Source of the DNA: Nitrospinota bacterium
Lineage (GTDB): Bacteria > Nitrospinota_A > UBA7883
Assembly: GCA_029881335.1 (NCBI GenBank)
Contig: JAOUMU010000004.1
Span: 1 to 59,056, forward strand
Reading direction: 5' to 3'
DNA: 59,056 nucleotides
The translations under genes were made by a program, and so were the position numbers. Numbering within the stretch: the first letter of the stretch is position 1; every line of letters begins with the position of its first letter. This document shows positions 30,046 to 39,395 of this stretch, piece by piece. The notes under the pieces are model-generated. The model was not told the DNA's origin and did not search any database. It was given only the letters and a program-made list of their open reading frames with translations.

Positions 30046-30438
30046 ATGGAAATGGACGAAGAGATGGAAGTAAACCAGAACGTAAAGAAGGTAATGTTCG
30101 TGATGCGCAAGGCGCCCCATGGGTCCATATACAGCTATGAGGGATTGGAGACGGTGCTGATCACCGCCGCATACGAGCAGGACATGACTATGGTGTTCGT
30201 CGGTGATGGTGTGTTCGCCCTGGTCAAGGGGCAGGACACCACCGAAATAGGCATAAAAGGATTCATCAAGACCTATGGCGCCCTGGAGCATTACGATGTG
30301 GAGAAGATATATGTAGATCGTGTCTCCATGGAGGAACGAGGCCTTACGGTTGATGATTTCGCCATCGATGTGGAGGTGAAGGAAGCGGAAGAGATCGCCG
30401 CCTTGATGGAAGAACAGCACGCGACGATTCCCTATTGA
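30046..30438 (+). CDS. dsrF: Sulfurtransferase complex subunit DsrF/TusC
   Basis: RKAPHGSIYSYEGLE, FVGDGVFALVKGQD, YDVEKIYVD. Confidence 0.92.
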   Translation: MEMDEEMEVNQNVKKVMFVMRKAPHGSIYSYEGLETVLITAAYEQDMTMVFVGDGVFALVKGQDTTEIGIKGFIKTYGALEHYDVEKIYVDRVSMEERGLTVDDFAIDVEVKEAEEIAALMEEQHATIPY

Positions 30439-30472
30439 TTGCGGGAATATAACAGAAATAAGGAGCCTGAAA

Positions 30473-30766
30473 ATGTTGCATATGGTCAATAAATCCCCAT
30501 TCACCAGCAGCGCCCTGGACGAGGCGGCCCGGATCGCCGCCAAGGGATCGCCCATTCTGTTGATCGAGGATGGAGTGTACGCCGCCCGGGCGGGGACCTC
30601 TTACGAGCCGAAGCTGGCCGAGATAATGAAAGACCACCCCGTGTACGCATTGGCGCCGGATCTGAAGGCCAGGGCCGTGGGGAAAATGACCGATGGGGTG
30701 ACCCAGGTGGACTATGCGGGCTTCGTGGATCTGGTGGAGAAGGATAAGATCCATTCCTGGCTTTAG
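30473..30766 (+). CDS. dsrH: Sulfurtransferase complex subunit DsrH/TusB
   Basis: MLHMVNKSPF, LLIEDGVYAA, VDYAGFVDLV. Confidence 0.92.
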   Translation: MLHMVNKSPFTSSALDEAARIAAKGSPILLIEDGVYAARAGTSYEPKLAEIMKDHPVYALAPDLKARAVGKMTDGVTQVDYAGFVDLVEKDKIHSWL

Positions 30767-31097
30767 CAATGGACATAAAGCGGCCTGAGCTTTAGCGAAT
30801 ATTTTTAGCTTCCGTTGCGCAATATTGATAGTTAGCCGTTGTCCCGTAAGAGTTATATATGCGGATATGTATGGCCCCTGATCCTACATCCTCACTTTGA
30901 GGCATGTCACCAAACAATGCAGTTACCTCTTGTATGCTCATCCAACTCCATGGCGCATGGAAAACTGGGTATGCTTCGCCTGGGGACACCATTATACACA
31001 TTGATGATGCATAAATAGAGCGAAAGGTGTTATACTGTCTTAACTCGATCTAGATTCGAGTGACAAAGGAAACTTAATTATTACAGAGCGCTTTGTC

Positions 31098-32651
31098 ATG
31101 AATGCCTACCTTAAATTTCCCAGTGCTGCCCTCCTGACCGTAACAATTCTTTTTGCGGGAGTGGTTTCCGCATCCGCCAAGGCGAAAATAGTCGCACGGG
31201 CGTCTTTCGTGGAAGGAAAGGCCGTGGTATATCCGTTGAATTCGGAAGAGGACTGTAAGATACAGAAGGGCTACAAGTTTTCAGAGGGGGACAGGATTGT
31301 CACAATGGATGGAGCCTCTCTGGGGATTTCGTATGAAGACGGGAGCGTGACATCCATATCCGAGAAGACACAGATATTCATCCGGAGAATGGAGCGAACG
31401 CCGAATGGCTCCACGCTTTTTTCCTTCAGGCTGATCGAGGGCAAGATGCGCTCGCTGGTGGCCAAACTGGGTGGGAAGGATTCCCGCTTTGAATACGTGA
31501 CAAATTCCGCGATTTGCACAGTGGCCGGGTCCGACCTGGAGGGAGAGACCTCCGAAGAAGGGGATAAATTCACGATAGGTTCCGAAGGTGTCGGCATGAC
31601 CTACCCCAACCGGGACGACGCCGATTACCTGGCGGATGGCGTACTGATTACTCCCGGCTTGGCAGTGAAGGTTCCCATCGATTCCGGTAGGAAGAAATAC
31701 AAGTCCATCATTCCGTATTCAAGGGGTCAGAAAAATGCATTCGATGGCGAAAGGCAAAGCGGCGCGGGCTGGAAAAAATCATCCGATCTTCCTAATGTGG
31801 CGGTGCTGGTGGCTGAGCTTTCCGGCAAGACCATGAACCTGGTGGCCATGACGGAAGTTGTGAAAAAAAGATCCTCACAAGCCCCCCTATTGGCGGCTGT
31901 TGTGCTTGGGACCGCCACGACGAACGACTCCGCTAAAATCTCCGGCGCCTCCCTGCTATCGGCGGCTGGGGTAGGGGCGGCCACCACGAATAGAGCCGCG
32001 AATATCGCCGGATCCATAACGTCCGGCACTCCCTCGGCTGCCCCCCAAGTGGCTGCGACACTGGCTACAATGGCCCCGGATCAGGCGGCGCAAATCGCAG
32101 CCAGCGCGGCAAAGAGTTCTCCTGGCTTGGCCAGCCAAGTCGCCGCAAGCGCGGCTGCGGTAAATCCGCAAGAGGCCTTGAACATTGTTACGCAGACCGC
32201 CAATGCGGTTCCGGGAAGCTTACTTGATATCGCCGGCGCGGTGGCGGCGTTGTATCCAGATAAAATTGCCGACATATTAAAGGCCGTACAGAAAATTAAT
32301 CCGTCCATGTCGTTGAAGGATTTACAGGACGCGGCCGCAAAAGCCGTGGATACGGCCAAGAAAGCGCGAAAAGATGCCAAGGCTGCGAAAATCACAGTTA
32401 GCAAGTGGAAAAAAGCGAAGGAGGACGCCAAGAAAGCTTTTACTGCAAAAGTCTCTTCTGTGAACCAAAAAGCGGAAAATAAGGTCAGCAAGAAGCAAAC
32501 GGTAGGCTCGGGATCAAAAAAACAGAAGGATGGCGGTGGTGATGAGGATGGCGATGCGGCTGCCGCTGCAGCTGCCGCCGCTGCAGCTGCCGCATACGGA
32601 GGTGGAGTCTCACCATCGGAAAATCCCTCCCAATCGGTTTCGGGGCGGTAG
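31098..32651 (+). CDS. Secreted FecR-like domain protein with Ala-rich helical repeats and poly-Ala tail
   Basis: Signal peptide; GDRIVT...YEDGS...LIEGK...TNSAICTVAGS FecR-like pattern; 15-aa P-x-x-A-x-x-(I/V)-A repeats; Ala13 tract. Confidence 0.7.
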   Translation: MNAYLKFPSAALLTVTILFAGVVSASAKAKIVARASFVEGKAVVYPLNSEEDCKIQKGYKFSEGDRIVTMDGASLGISYEDGSVTSISEKTQIFIRRMERTPNGSTLFSFRLIEGKMRSLVAKLGGKDSRFEYVTNSAICTVAGSDLEGETSEEGDKFTIGSEGVGMTYPNRDDADYLADGVLITPGLAVKVPIDSGRKKYKSIIPYSRGQKNAFDGERQSGAGWKKSSDLPNVAVLVAELSGKTMNLVAMTEVVKKRSSQAPLLAAVVLGTATTNDSAKISGASLLSAAGVGAATTNRAANIAGSITSGTPSAAPQVAATLATMAPDQAAQIAASAAKSSPGLASQVAASAAAVNPQEALNIVTQTANAVPGSLLDIAGAVAALYPDKIADILKAVQKINPSMSLKDLQDAAAKAVDTAKKARKDAKAAKITVSKWKKAKEDAKKAFTAKVSSVNQKAENKVSKKQTVGSGSKKQKDGGGDEDGDAAAAAAAAAAAAAYGGGVSPSENPSQSVSGR

Positions 32652-32756
32652 TGGAACAGGAAATATGAGCCATGGACAGGGTTTGATGAAAGGGCGGGTG
32701 GAGATGACACCACGGAAGCTGGTGGTGTCTAAATTGTCAATATATAGCGAGGAGCA

Positions 32757-33977
32757 ATGTTCGGATTTTTCAAGGAGTCAGTTTGGATTATGGTTTTGCC
32801 GCTGTTTTTCGGCGTCCATGGAGTGGCCTGGGGGCAGACATTCCATCAAATACCCAAGGGAATCGCAGCCGGGTCTTTCTATCTTTTCCCCGCTCTTGAG
32901 TTCGCATACGAGCAGAACGACAACATCTATGCCATGCCCAGCGGCGAAGTGAAGGACGAAATAGAAATCACCAAGGCAGGCTTGGGGCTTGTGTCAAACT
33001 GGTCGAATCATTTTTTGATGATCCAGGGCAATGCTGAAATGGGGAAGTACTCCAGGCAGAATGATGAGGATTATCTAGATTATACAGCCACTGCCAGTGG
33101 TCGGCTGGACATTCTCAGGGGCGTCAACGTGAGCGCCGGCCTAGGCGTAAAGCGTCGTCATGAGGAGCGAGGCTCCGCCAATGACCTGTATGGAAGCGAG
33201 CCAGCCAAATACAATCTCATATCAGGAGACTTTAGCTTCGCCCATGAAGTGTCCGTACTGCGGCTTAATGCCAACCTGAAGTCGGATAATTACCAGTATG
33301 ACAACACTCCCACCTCCGCGTTGATCGATATGGACCAGGCGGGGAGGAACAGGACGCAAATCGAAGGTACTTTGCGTCTGGCCCTGGTGGCGCTGGATTT
33401 GAACTCCTTTTTTGTGCAGGGGAGGTATTTTGGAAGGGATTATGAATTCAGGGACAAGGCAAAGTATGGGTACGACAGAAACTCCACCGGCTATGAATTC
33501 ACAGTCGGGTACAAGCGGGTAATATCGGGAATCTCGGTGTTCGAGATTCAGTTCGGCAACAGAGGGCAGGAATATGTGGATGAAGACCTTCAAGATATAA
33601 AAGGATTTCAGGCGGTTGGCAGCTTCAAGTGGACCCCTTCGCCATTGACCAGTGTGACAATATATGTGAACAGATCTATCGAGGAGTCGATTATGGAGAA
33701 TGTCTCCGGATACTTCGCGACGAACTACGGGATCTCGATAGACAAGGAATTTTCATCCAGCTTACTGCTAAAAGCGGGTTTCGTGAGTAACGATCTGGAC
33801 TACCAAGGCGTGGAGAGGCAGGATAAAATGCACACCTATGACGTTGGTCTATTCCTGTTTATGACCGAATACGTGTATATGGGTGTTTCTTATAATTACA
33901 AAAACAGAGAATCCAGCGACACAGGGATGAATTACCATGCGAGCGTGTCAAAGGTGACTCTGGTTGGAAGGATTTAG
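32757..33977 (+). CDS. Outer-membrane beta-barrel protein of a polysaccharide export locus (BBP2/VpsM-like)
   Basis: Signal peptide, YEQNDNIY motif, amphipathic strands, KWTPSPLTSV; directly upstream of wza. Confidence 0.78.
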   Translation: MFGFFKESVWIMVLPLFFGVHGVAWGQTFHQIPKGIAAGSFYLFPALEFAYEQNDNIYAMPSGEVKDEIEITKAGLGLVSNWSNHFLMIQGNAEMGKYSRQNDEDYLDYTATASGRLDILRGVNVSAGLGVKRRHEERGSANDLYGSEPAKYNLISGDFSFAHEVSVLRLNANLKSDNYQYDNTPTSALIDMDQAGRNRTQIEGTLRLALVALDLNSFFVQGRYFGRDYEFRDKAKYGYDRNSTGYEFTVGYKRVISGISVFEIQFGNRGQEYVDEDLQDIKGFQAVGSFKWTPSPLTSVTIYVNRSIEESIMENVSGYFATNYGISIDKEFSSSLLLKAGFVSNDLDYQGVERQDKMHTYDVGLFLFMTEYVYMGVSYNYKNRESSDTGMNYHASVSKVTLVGRI

Positions 33978-34023
33978 CCAAGTCAATGAGATATTTAGGG
34001 CTTAGAAGTTGTATAATGTTTGC

Positions 34024-34596
34024 ATGGTTAAACTGAACAAGGTTATCGGCATAGTCTCCTGCATTTTGGCGCTCATGTTCCTCGTCCAGGCGCCTCATGC
34101 GCAGACGGTGTCATTGAAAGCCCAGCTTGCGGATAACAGCCAGTACACCCTCGGGCCTGGGGACATCCTTAGAATAAAAGTTTTCAAACACAAGGACATT
34201 ACCGGTGATTACAGGGTTGATGGAACTGGGAACATCGCCTTTCCTTTAGTGGGCAACATCAGGGCGGAAGGAAAAACTGTACAACAATTCCAAAAAAGTT
34301 TGATAGAAAAACTGAAGGCTGGGTACCTGGTGAATCCCAATGTGAGCATAGAGGTGACCAACTACCGGCCGTTCTTTATCCTGGGGGAGGTCAACTCTCC
34401 TGGCAACTTTCCATATCAAAATGGCATGACAGTGATCAACGCCGTGGCCTTGGCTGGGGGCTTTACCAACAGGGCGGACAAGGGCGATATAACCATTACC
34501 CGCATCGTGGCCGGGAAAGAGACAAAGATACACGCTTCCCTGAACCAGGTGGTCCTGCCGGGAGACACGATAGACGTTTCGCAGAGGCTTTTTTAA
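34024..34596 (+). CDS. wza: Polysaccharide export OPX protein (short Wza, Poly_export + SLBB)
   Basis: YTLGPGDILRIKVF, GNIAFPLVG, RPFFILGEVNSPG, AGGFTNRA; lacks the C-terminal outer-membrane helix. Confidence 0.88.
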   Translation: MVKLNKVIGIVSCILALMFLVQAPHAQTVSLKAQLADNSQYTLGPGDILRIKVFKHKDITGDYRVDGTGNIAFPLVGNIRAEGKTVQQFQKSLIEKLKAGYLVNPNVSIEVTNYRPFFILGEVNSPGNFPYQNGMTVINAVALAGGFTNRADKGDITITRIVAGKETKIHASLNQVVLPGDTIDVSQRLF

Positions 34597-34623
34597 AAGG
34601 GCCCCAAAGTAGGACTACGTTGG

Positions 34624-36879
34624 ATGATTGACAAGTCGAGGATGGGCAACCCGGGCAAATACCCGGACTACTGGCTGGATGACCAGGAGGAGCACGAAGG
34701 GCTGTTCTTTGTCTGGTGGGCGGCGCAGGCCCACAAACGCCTTGTTTTCTGGATTTGTTTCGGGGCCATTTTCCTTTGCGCCCTGGTGGTAATGCAGTTG
34801 ACTCCGCTATACACGTCGCATTCCCTGGTGTTCCTGGAAACAGGGGGAGTCAAGGTGGTGGATCTGGAATCGGCCATGGAGAAAAACTATGGAGACCGAT
34901 ACAAGGTGCAAAGCGAGATCGAGATGATCAAATCTCCCGAACTGGCCAGACGGGTGATTAATAAACTTGGGATAGACAAGCTGCCAGAGTTTTCGCCAGC
35001 CGCCAAAAAAACCTCGGTGGTGTACAACCTGTTGAACTTCATACTGCCGGCCGACTGGTCCGAGGCCCTGACCGAATCGATATGGGGAGGACAATCCCCC
35101 GTATATGACGAACAGGTCCTCAGTTCGAAGGTTCTGGAAAAATATTTGAAGCGGCTCAGTGTGAGCGGCATCAGAGAATCGCTCGTCATCAGAATAAGTT
35201 TCACCTCCGCAGACCCGAAACTGGCGGCCCTGGTGGCAAACACCATGGCCAGCGAATACACCGCGATGCAGGTGGAATTGAAGCTCGAAGAGGCGAAGAA
35301 AGCCAATTACTGGCTTCGGGACAGGCTGGTGGAACTGAAGGAAAAGCTGGAGGCCAGCGAGGCCGCCATCGGCGAGTTTTTGAGGGATAACACCCTGTTC
35401 GAGGCGGGGGGGAGGACGATGGACGCCCAGCAGATGTCGGAGTTAAACAGCCAGCTGATCATCGCCAAGTCCCAGTTCGCCCAGGCGAACGCCAAATATA
35501 TGCATTTGAAGGCGCTGTATGAGCGTGGCGACACCAGGAAGATGGTGGGCGCCGAGGAGGTCTTGTCTTCACCGGTCATCCAGAAGCTGCGAATGCAGGA
35601 AGCCGATCTGGCCAACAAAATATCGGAACTTTCCCAGGATTATGGCGAAAAGCACCCAGTAATGATCAACACCAAGGCCCAGTACCAGGATATCAAGAGG
35701 GAGATAAACGAGGAAATCGGCAACATCCTCAAGTCTCTTGATAACAATGTGGACGTGGCCCGGGTGAAAGTGTATTCCCTCCAAAGCGAGCTGGCCCGGG
35801 TGGTAGCCGAAACCGGAGCGGAGACAGGAGCCAAAATTAAACTAATGGCCCTGGAGCGAGAGGCCAACGCCAACAGGACCCTGTACGAGCAGTTCCTTGG
35901 CAGATTCAAGGAAACCAACGAGGGACAAAACCTCGAGCAGCCGGAGTCTAGGATTGTGGCCAGGGGCGAGATTCCCATCCATCCATCCTTCCCGAAAAAG
36001 CCAGCCATCTTCGCCGGGACGCTTTTCGTCGCTCTTTTATTCGGGGTATTGGCAGCCTTTTTAATTGAGAGAAGGAACATTACTCATGGTTTCATGAATC
36101 AGGATCAGATAAAGTCGATCCTCGGTATCAAGGTGCTGGGGGCGGCGCCAGAGCTGGAGTCGCTGGATATATTAGACATCTCCCCGGAGGAATGTGTCAT
36201 GTCACATCCATATTCGCCATATTCAGAAGCCATACGCTCCATATCAATGTCGTTGTACATCAACTCCGCAGAGCGAAATGAAAAAACCTACCTTTTCACA
36301 TCGTCGTTACCGGAAGAGGGAAAAACTGCTCTGTCCATCTCCCTTGCGCGGTCATGCGCCATGGACTCTCACAAGGTCCTGCATATCGATTTCGACCTGC
36401 GAAAGCCGAAAGTGCAATCCCGGATAGGGGTAAAAACAAAATTCGGCATATTGGACGTGCTCGATAAAAGATGCAAGATCAACGAGGCGATAATAATAGA
36501 CAAATCCGGCGCCCACTTCATGACCAGCGGCGCCAGAAGGCAAAGCAAGCCAACCTCCCTTAAGGTGGAACAGATAAAGAAAATGTTGGACAATCTGGCC
36601 AAGTATTACGACTTGATCCTGCTGGACTCGGCGCCTGTCCTGCCGGTGGGTGACAGCAGATCACTGGTAAAATGCGTGGATTCGGTGATATACCTGGCCA
36701 AGTGGAAAGAGACCAAGCGCGAGGCGGTGCAAAGCGGAGTACAAATCCTGCTGGATCATAACGCAAAGATTCACGGACTGGTGCTCACATCACTCGATGT
36801 TAGAGAGAACAGCCGATATTACGGCTATAAGAGCTCCTACTATTACTACGGCGACGCCTACACTCACAGCTACAGCTGA
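34624..36879 (+). CDS. wzc: Polysaccharide co-polymerase / tyrosine autokinase (Wzc/GumC)
   Basis: Two TMs flanking a periplasmic coiled coil, SSLPEEGKT, IDFDLRKP, LLDSAP, C-terminal Tyr cluster. Confidence 0.92.
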   Translation: MIDKSRMGNPGKYPDYWLDDQEEHEGLFFVWWAAQAHKRLVFWICFGAIFLCALVVMQLTPLYTSHSLVFLETGGVKVVDLESAMEKNYGDRYKVQSEIEMIKSPELARRVINKLGIDKLPEFSPAAKKTSVVYNLLNFILPADWSEALTESIWGGQSPVYDEQVLSSKVLEKYLKRLSVSGIRESLVIRISFTSADPKLAALVANTMASEYTAMQVELKLEEAKKANYWLRDRLVELKEKLEASEAAIGEFLRDNTLFEAGGRTMDAQQMSELNSQLIIAKSQFAQANAKYMHLKALYERGDTRKMVGAEEVLSSPVIQKLRMQEADLANKISELSQDYGEKHPVMINTKAQYQDIKREINEEIGNILKSLDNNVDVARVKVYSLQSELARVVAETGAETGAKIKLMALEREANANRTLYEQFLGRFKETNEGQNLEQPESRIVARGEIPIHPSFPKKPAIFAGTLFVALLFGVLAAFLIERRNITHGFMNQDQIKSILGIKVLGAAPELESLDILDISPEECVMSHPYSPYSEAIRSISMSLYINSAERNEKTYLFTSSLPEEGKTALSISLARSCAMDSHKVLHIDFDLRKPKVQSRIGVKTKFGILDVLDKRCKINEAIIIDKSGAHFMTSGARRQSKPTSLKVEQIKKMLDNLAKYYDLILLDSAPVLPVGDSRSLVKCVDSVIYLAKWKETKREAVQSGVQILLDHNAKIHGLVLTSLDVRENSRYYGYKSSYYYYGDAYTHSYS

Positions 36880-36892
36880 CAGCTGACAGCTG
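36872..36892. repeat. Three tandem ACAGCTG heptamers overlapping the wzc stop codon
   Basis: ACAGCTG at 36872, 36879 and 36886. Confidence 0.8.
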
Positions 36893-36911
36893 GCAGCGGC
36901 CGGTATGGCCC

Positions 36912-37541
36912 ATGGAAATGAACAAGGATTACACCCGATATCTCCCGATGATTTTCGGGACGGCGCTCGTCCTGTACTCCGCGCCGATGCTCATGAAAAG
37001 CTTCTTGTTGCTGGCAGGCGGCTCTACTCTGGCCAGGCTGGAGCGTGGCGATCAGGCGCGACCTGAAAGCCTGGGGATCCTTGAGCGCTCCCGCGAAATG
37101 GCCGCTTCGGTCATCGAAACGGGCAGCTCCTGGAACCAACTGTCCCTTGCCCTTGTACACCAGGCGAATTTATACGAACCCGGCTCCGCCGAACAGACCG
37201 AGAAGCTGGAGCGCGCCAGGGAGGCCCAGGGAAAGGGTCTGGGGCTACAGCCAGCCAATCCCCACAGTTGGTTGAGGCTGGCGTATATCAACCAGCGGTT
37301 GGACGCCCCCCAAAAAACCGCCGCCGCGTTATACATGTCATACTGGACCGGACCCTATGAAATACATCTGGCGGAGTACCGCCTGGCCATGAGCGCCGGA
37401 ATGTGGCAACAACTGGATAACTGGACTATGATGGCGGTTCACGCCGAGGTCAGGCTACTCAACTCTCAAAAGCCCGGATCGCTCAAGTTCCTGATGGAAA
37501 ATGACGACAATGTCCGCAACATAGCTCAGCAAGCCTTGTAA
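36912..37541 (+). CDS. Hypothetical membrane-anchored helical (TPR-like) protein of the polysaccharide locus
   Basis: N-terminal hydrophobic segment; GLGLQPANPHSWLRLAY TPR-like motif; SYWTGPYE. Confidence 0.65.
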   Translation: MEMNKDYTRYLPMIFGTALVLYSAPMLMKSFLLLAGGSTLARLERGDQARPESLGILERSREMAASVIETGSSWNQLSLALVHQANLYEPGSAEQTEKLERAREAQGKGLGLQPANPHSWLRLAYINQRLDAPQKTAAALYMSYWTGPYEIHLAEYRLAMSAGMWQQLDNWTMMAVHAEVRLLNSQKPGSLKFLMENDDNVRNIAQQAL

Positions 37542-37595
37542 AGCAGTGGAGAGCCCGCATGAGTGGTGTGGGAAAAAAGCGGCCCCCCCCTATAC

Positions 37596-39017
37596 TCAGA
37601 CGGGACGAAACGAGGCCCTGGCCTGGCGCGAACCGAAGGATCGCGAGCATGCCGCCCCCGCGATAGCAGCGAATGTTACCGCGACTGCCGGGATCTGCAT
37701 TGAAAAATCGAATATGGAATGAAACCCCACCAGGATTAGCGCCGCCAGGCCCGCCGCCGAGTAAGGTCTTCCGCGATGACTCTTCTTCATGCCCCGGACG
37801 CAGGTGAGCAGGATGGCGGCTATCGATACAAAGAGGAAAAAAGAGGCCGGGATTCCAAGTTCCATGGCGCTCTCCAGATATACGTTGTGCGCCGTATCGA
37901 GTTGATGAAATAGTTCGATATTCTTATACCGTTTGATTGCGTGGTTGTATGCGCCATGCCCGATGCCGGACCAGGGCCGATGGGCTATACCCTCCTTCGT
38001 GGCCTCGTAAAGGGCGAATCGGAATTCACCGCTCTCCTCCAGGTATTCCATCCGCTTTTCAAAAGCATATCCGCTGACTGTGTATACCATGGTCGTAATC
38101 GCCAGAAAGGCCATGACCAAGCCGATCCTGACGGACTTCGCCCGATGGAAAATGAAAACGAACATGGTCAGGTACACCGCCACCGCCAAAAGAGTGAACA
38201 CCAGCCCGGCCCGCGAATGGCTCAACACAAGGCCGCTAATCAGAATTACAAACGCCAGCAGACCAGGGACTACAAGGGAGGCGAAATTGCTCGTTTCCTC
38301 CGAGGATATACGGCCAGAGTCGCCAGTGGCGCTTAGTACTTGAGGGATTTTATCCGCCATTACGGCCAGCAGGCAGATGAGGCCCAGCCCGGCGTAGGTG
38401 GCGTAATGATTGTGGTTTATAAAGGTGGCCACCACATGATCCGCGGAGGGAGCCGCGAAATCATCCAGGTTGTACCAAAGAATCGTCCTGGAGCCTGTCC
38501 AGAAAACCGTGACTCCATACAGGGAATACACCACAGCTCCCGCCGCGATCCAAAACAAAAGCCGTCTGCTCCGGCGGCGGGAATGGCACAGCTGCAAAGA
38601 AAGAAAGAACACCGCGCCATATGAAGCCAGCTTCATCAGGGCGGTTTTGGTGGCCCCTGGGTCCAGGCTCAGCCTGGGGTCCACCAGTCCCCCCAGCGCC
38701 ACGGCGGTCTGGTTCCACAGCGGGTCCGCCCACCCGGCTGGGATGGGAAGATAAGCTTGGGTGAAAGACCAGGCCAGGGTGAGCATGAAAGGCGCCACGA
38801 TCCACTTGATTCTGCCTATCGGAATGAATTCCATAGACGAATTGTGGAGAAGGAGCAAGCCCCACCAGATGGTTAATATCCCGATCGCAAAGGCAAGAAG
38901 GGACCAGGACCAGGGCCTGTTGGAGCCGAAGGGAAGAGGGGCCAACAAAAGCAGCGCCACGAGGAACCGGAAGATCGTTCCCTCGTGGCGGAGCGCGTAG
39001 CCTATTCGAAAACGCAC
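37596..39017 (-). CDS. O-antigen ligase / Wzy_C family membrane protein
   Basis: PLPFGSNRPWSW, ATFINHNHYA, SHSRAG, AHNVYLE, HSIFDFSMQIPA. Confidence 0.88.
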   Translation of the reverse strand: MRFRIGYALRHEGTIFRFLVALLLLAPLPFGSNRPWSWSLLAFAIGILTIWWGLLLLHNSSMEFIPIGRIKWIVAPFMLTLAWSFTQAYLPIPAGWADPLWNQTAVALGGLVDPRLSLDPGATKTALMKLASYGAVFFLSLQLCHSRRRSRRLLFWIAAGAVVYSLYGVTVFWTGSRTILWYNLDDFAAPSADHVVATFINHNHYATYAGLGLICLLAVMADKIPQVLSATGDSGRISSEETSNFASLVVPGLLAFVILISGLVLSHSRAGLVFTLLAVAVYLTMFVFIFHRAKSVRIGLVMAFLAITTMVYTVSGYAFEKRMEYLEESGEFRFALYEATKEGIAHRPWSGIGHGAYNHAIKRYKNIELFHQLDTAHNVYLESAMELGIPASFFLFVSIAAILLTCVRGMKKSHRGRPYSAAGLAALILVGFHSIFDFSMQIPAVAVTFAAIAGAACSRSFGSRQARASFRPV

Positions 39018-39206
39018 GGGGGTCGCAATTCCAGCGATAATGGTTGAACAGCGTCAATCATTTCAGAAAAATAGTAGCTCCTCATAATGCAAAGAAACGG
39101 TACATCGGACCGAATCAGCTTATCATCAACCTTCATGATTTGCCATAATGTAGAGGTGGGCCAGGGAAGGGTGAATTCCACTTATAAGGAAAAGTGATTA
39201 GACGGG

Positions 39207-39395
39207 ATGATTAAGACTATATTAATGGCATTGGGGATTGTGATGATTTTTGAGGGGATCCCATATTTTGCCATTCCGGAAAGGTTGAAGGCGATGATGG
39301 CGCAAATCATGGAGATGGAAGACTCCACATTGCGGGTGATAGGGTTCATGATGATGATGGGTGGTCTGGCGCTGCTGGGTCTGAGCAGGATATGA
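39207..39395 (+). CDS. DUF2065 family small membrane protein
   Basis: ALGIVMIFEGIPYFAIP...LRVIG pattern. Confidence 0.75.
   Translation: MIKTILMALGIVMIFEGIPYFAIPERLKAMMAQIMEMEDSTLRVIGFMMMMGGLALLGLSRI

Noticed and set aside
30792-31001. 69-aa minus-strand ORF
   Set aside because: No RBS or motif; probably intergenic promoter DNA
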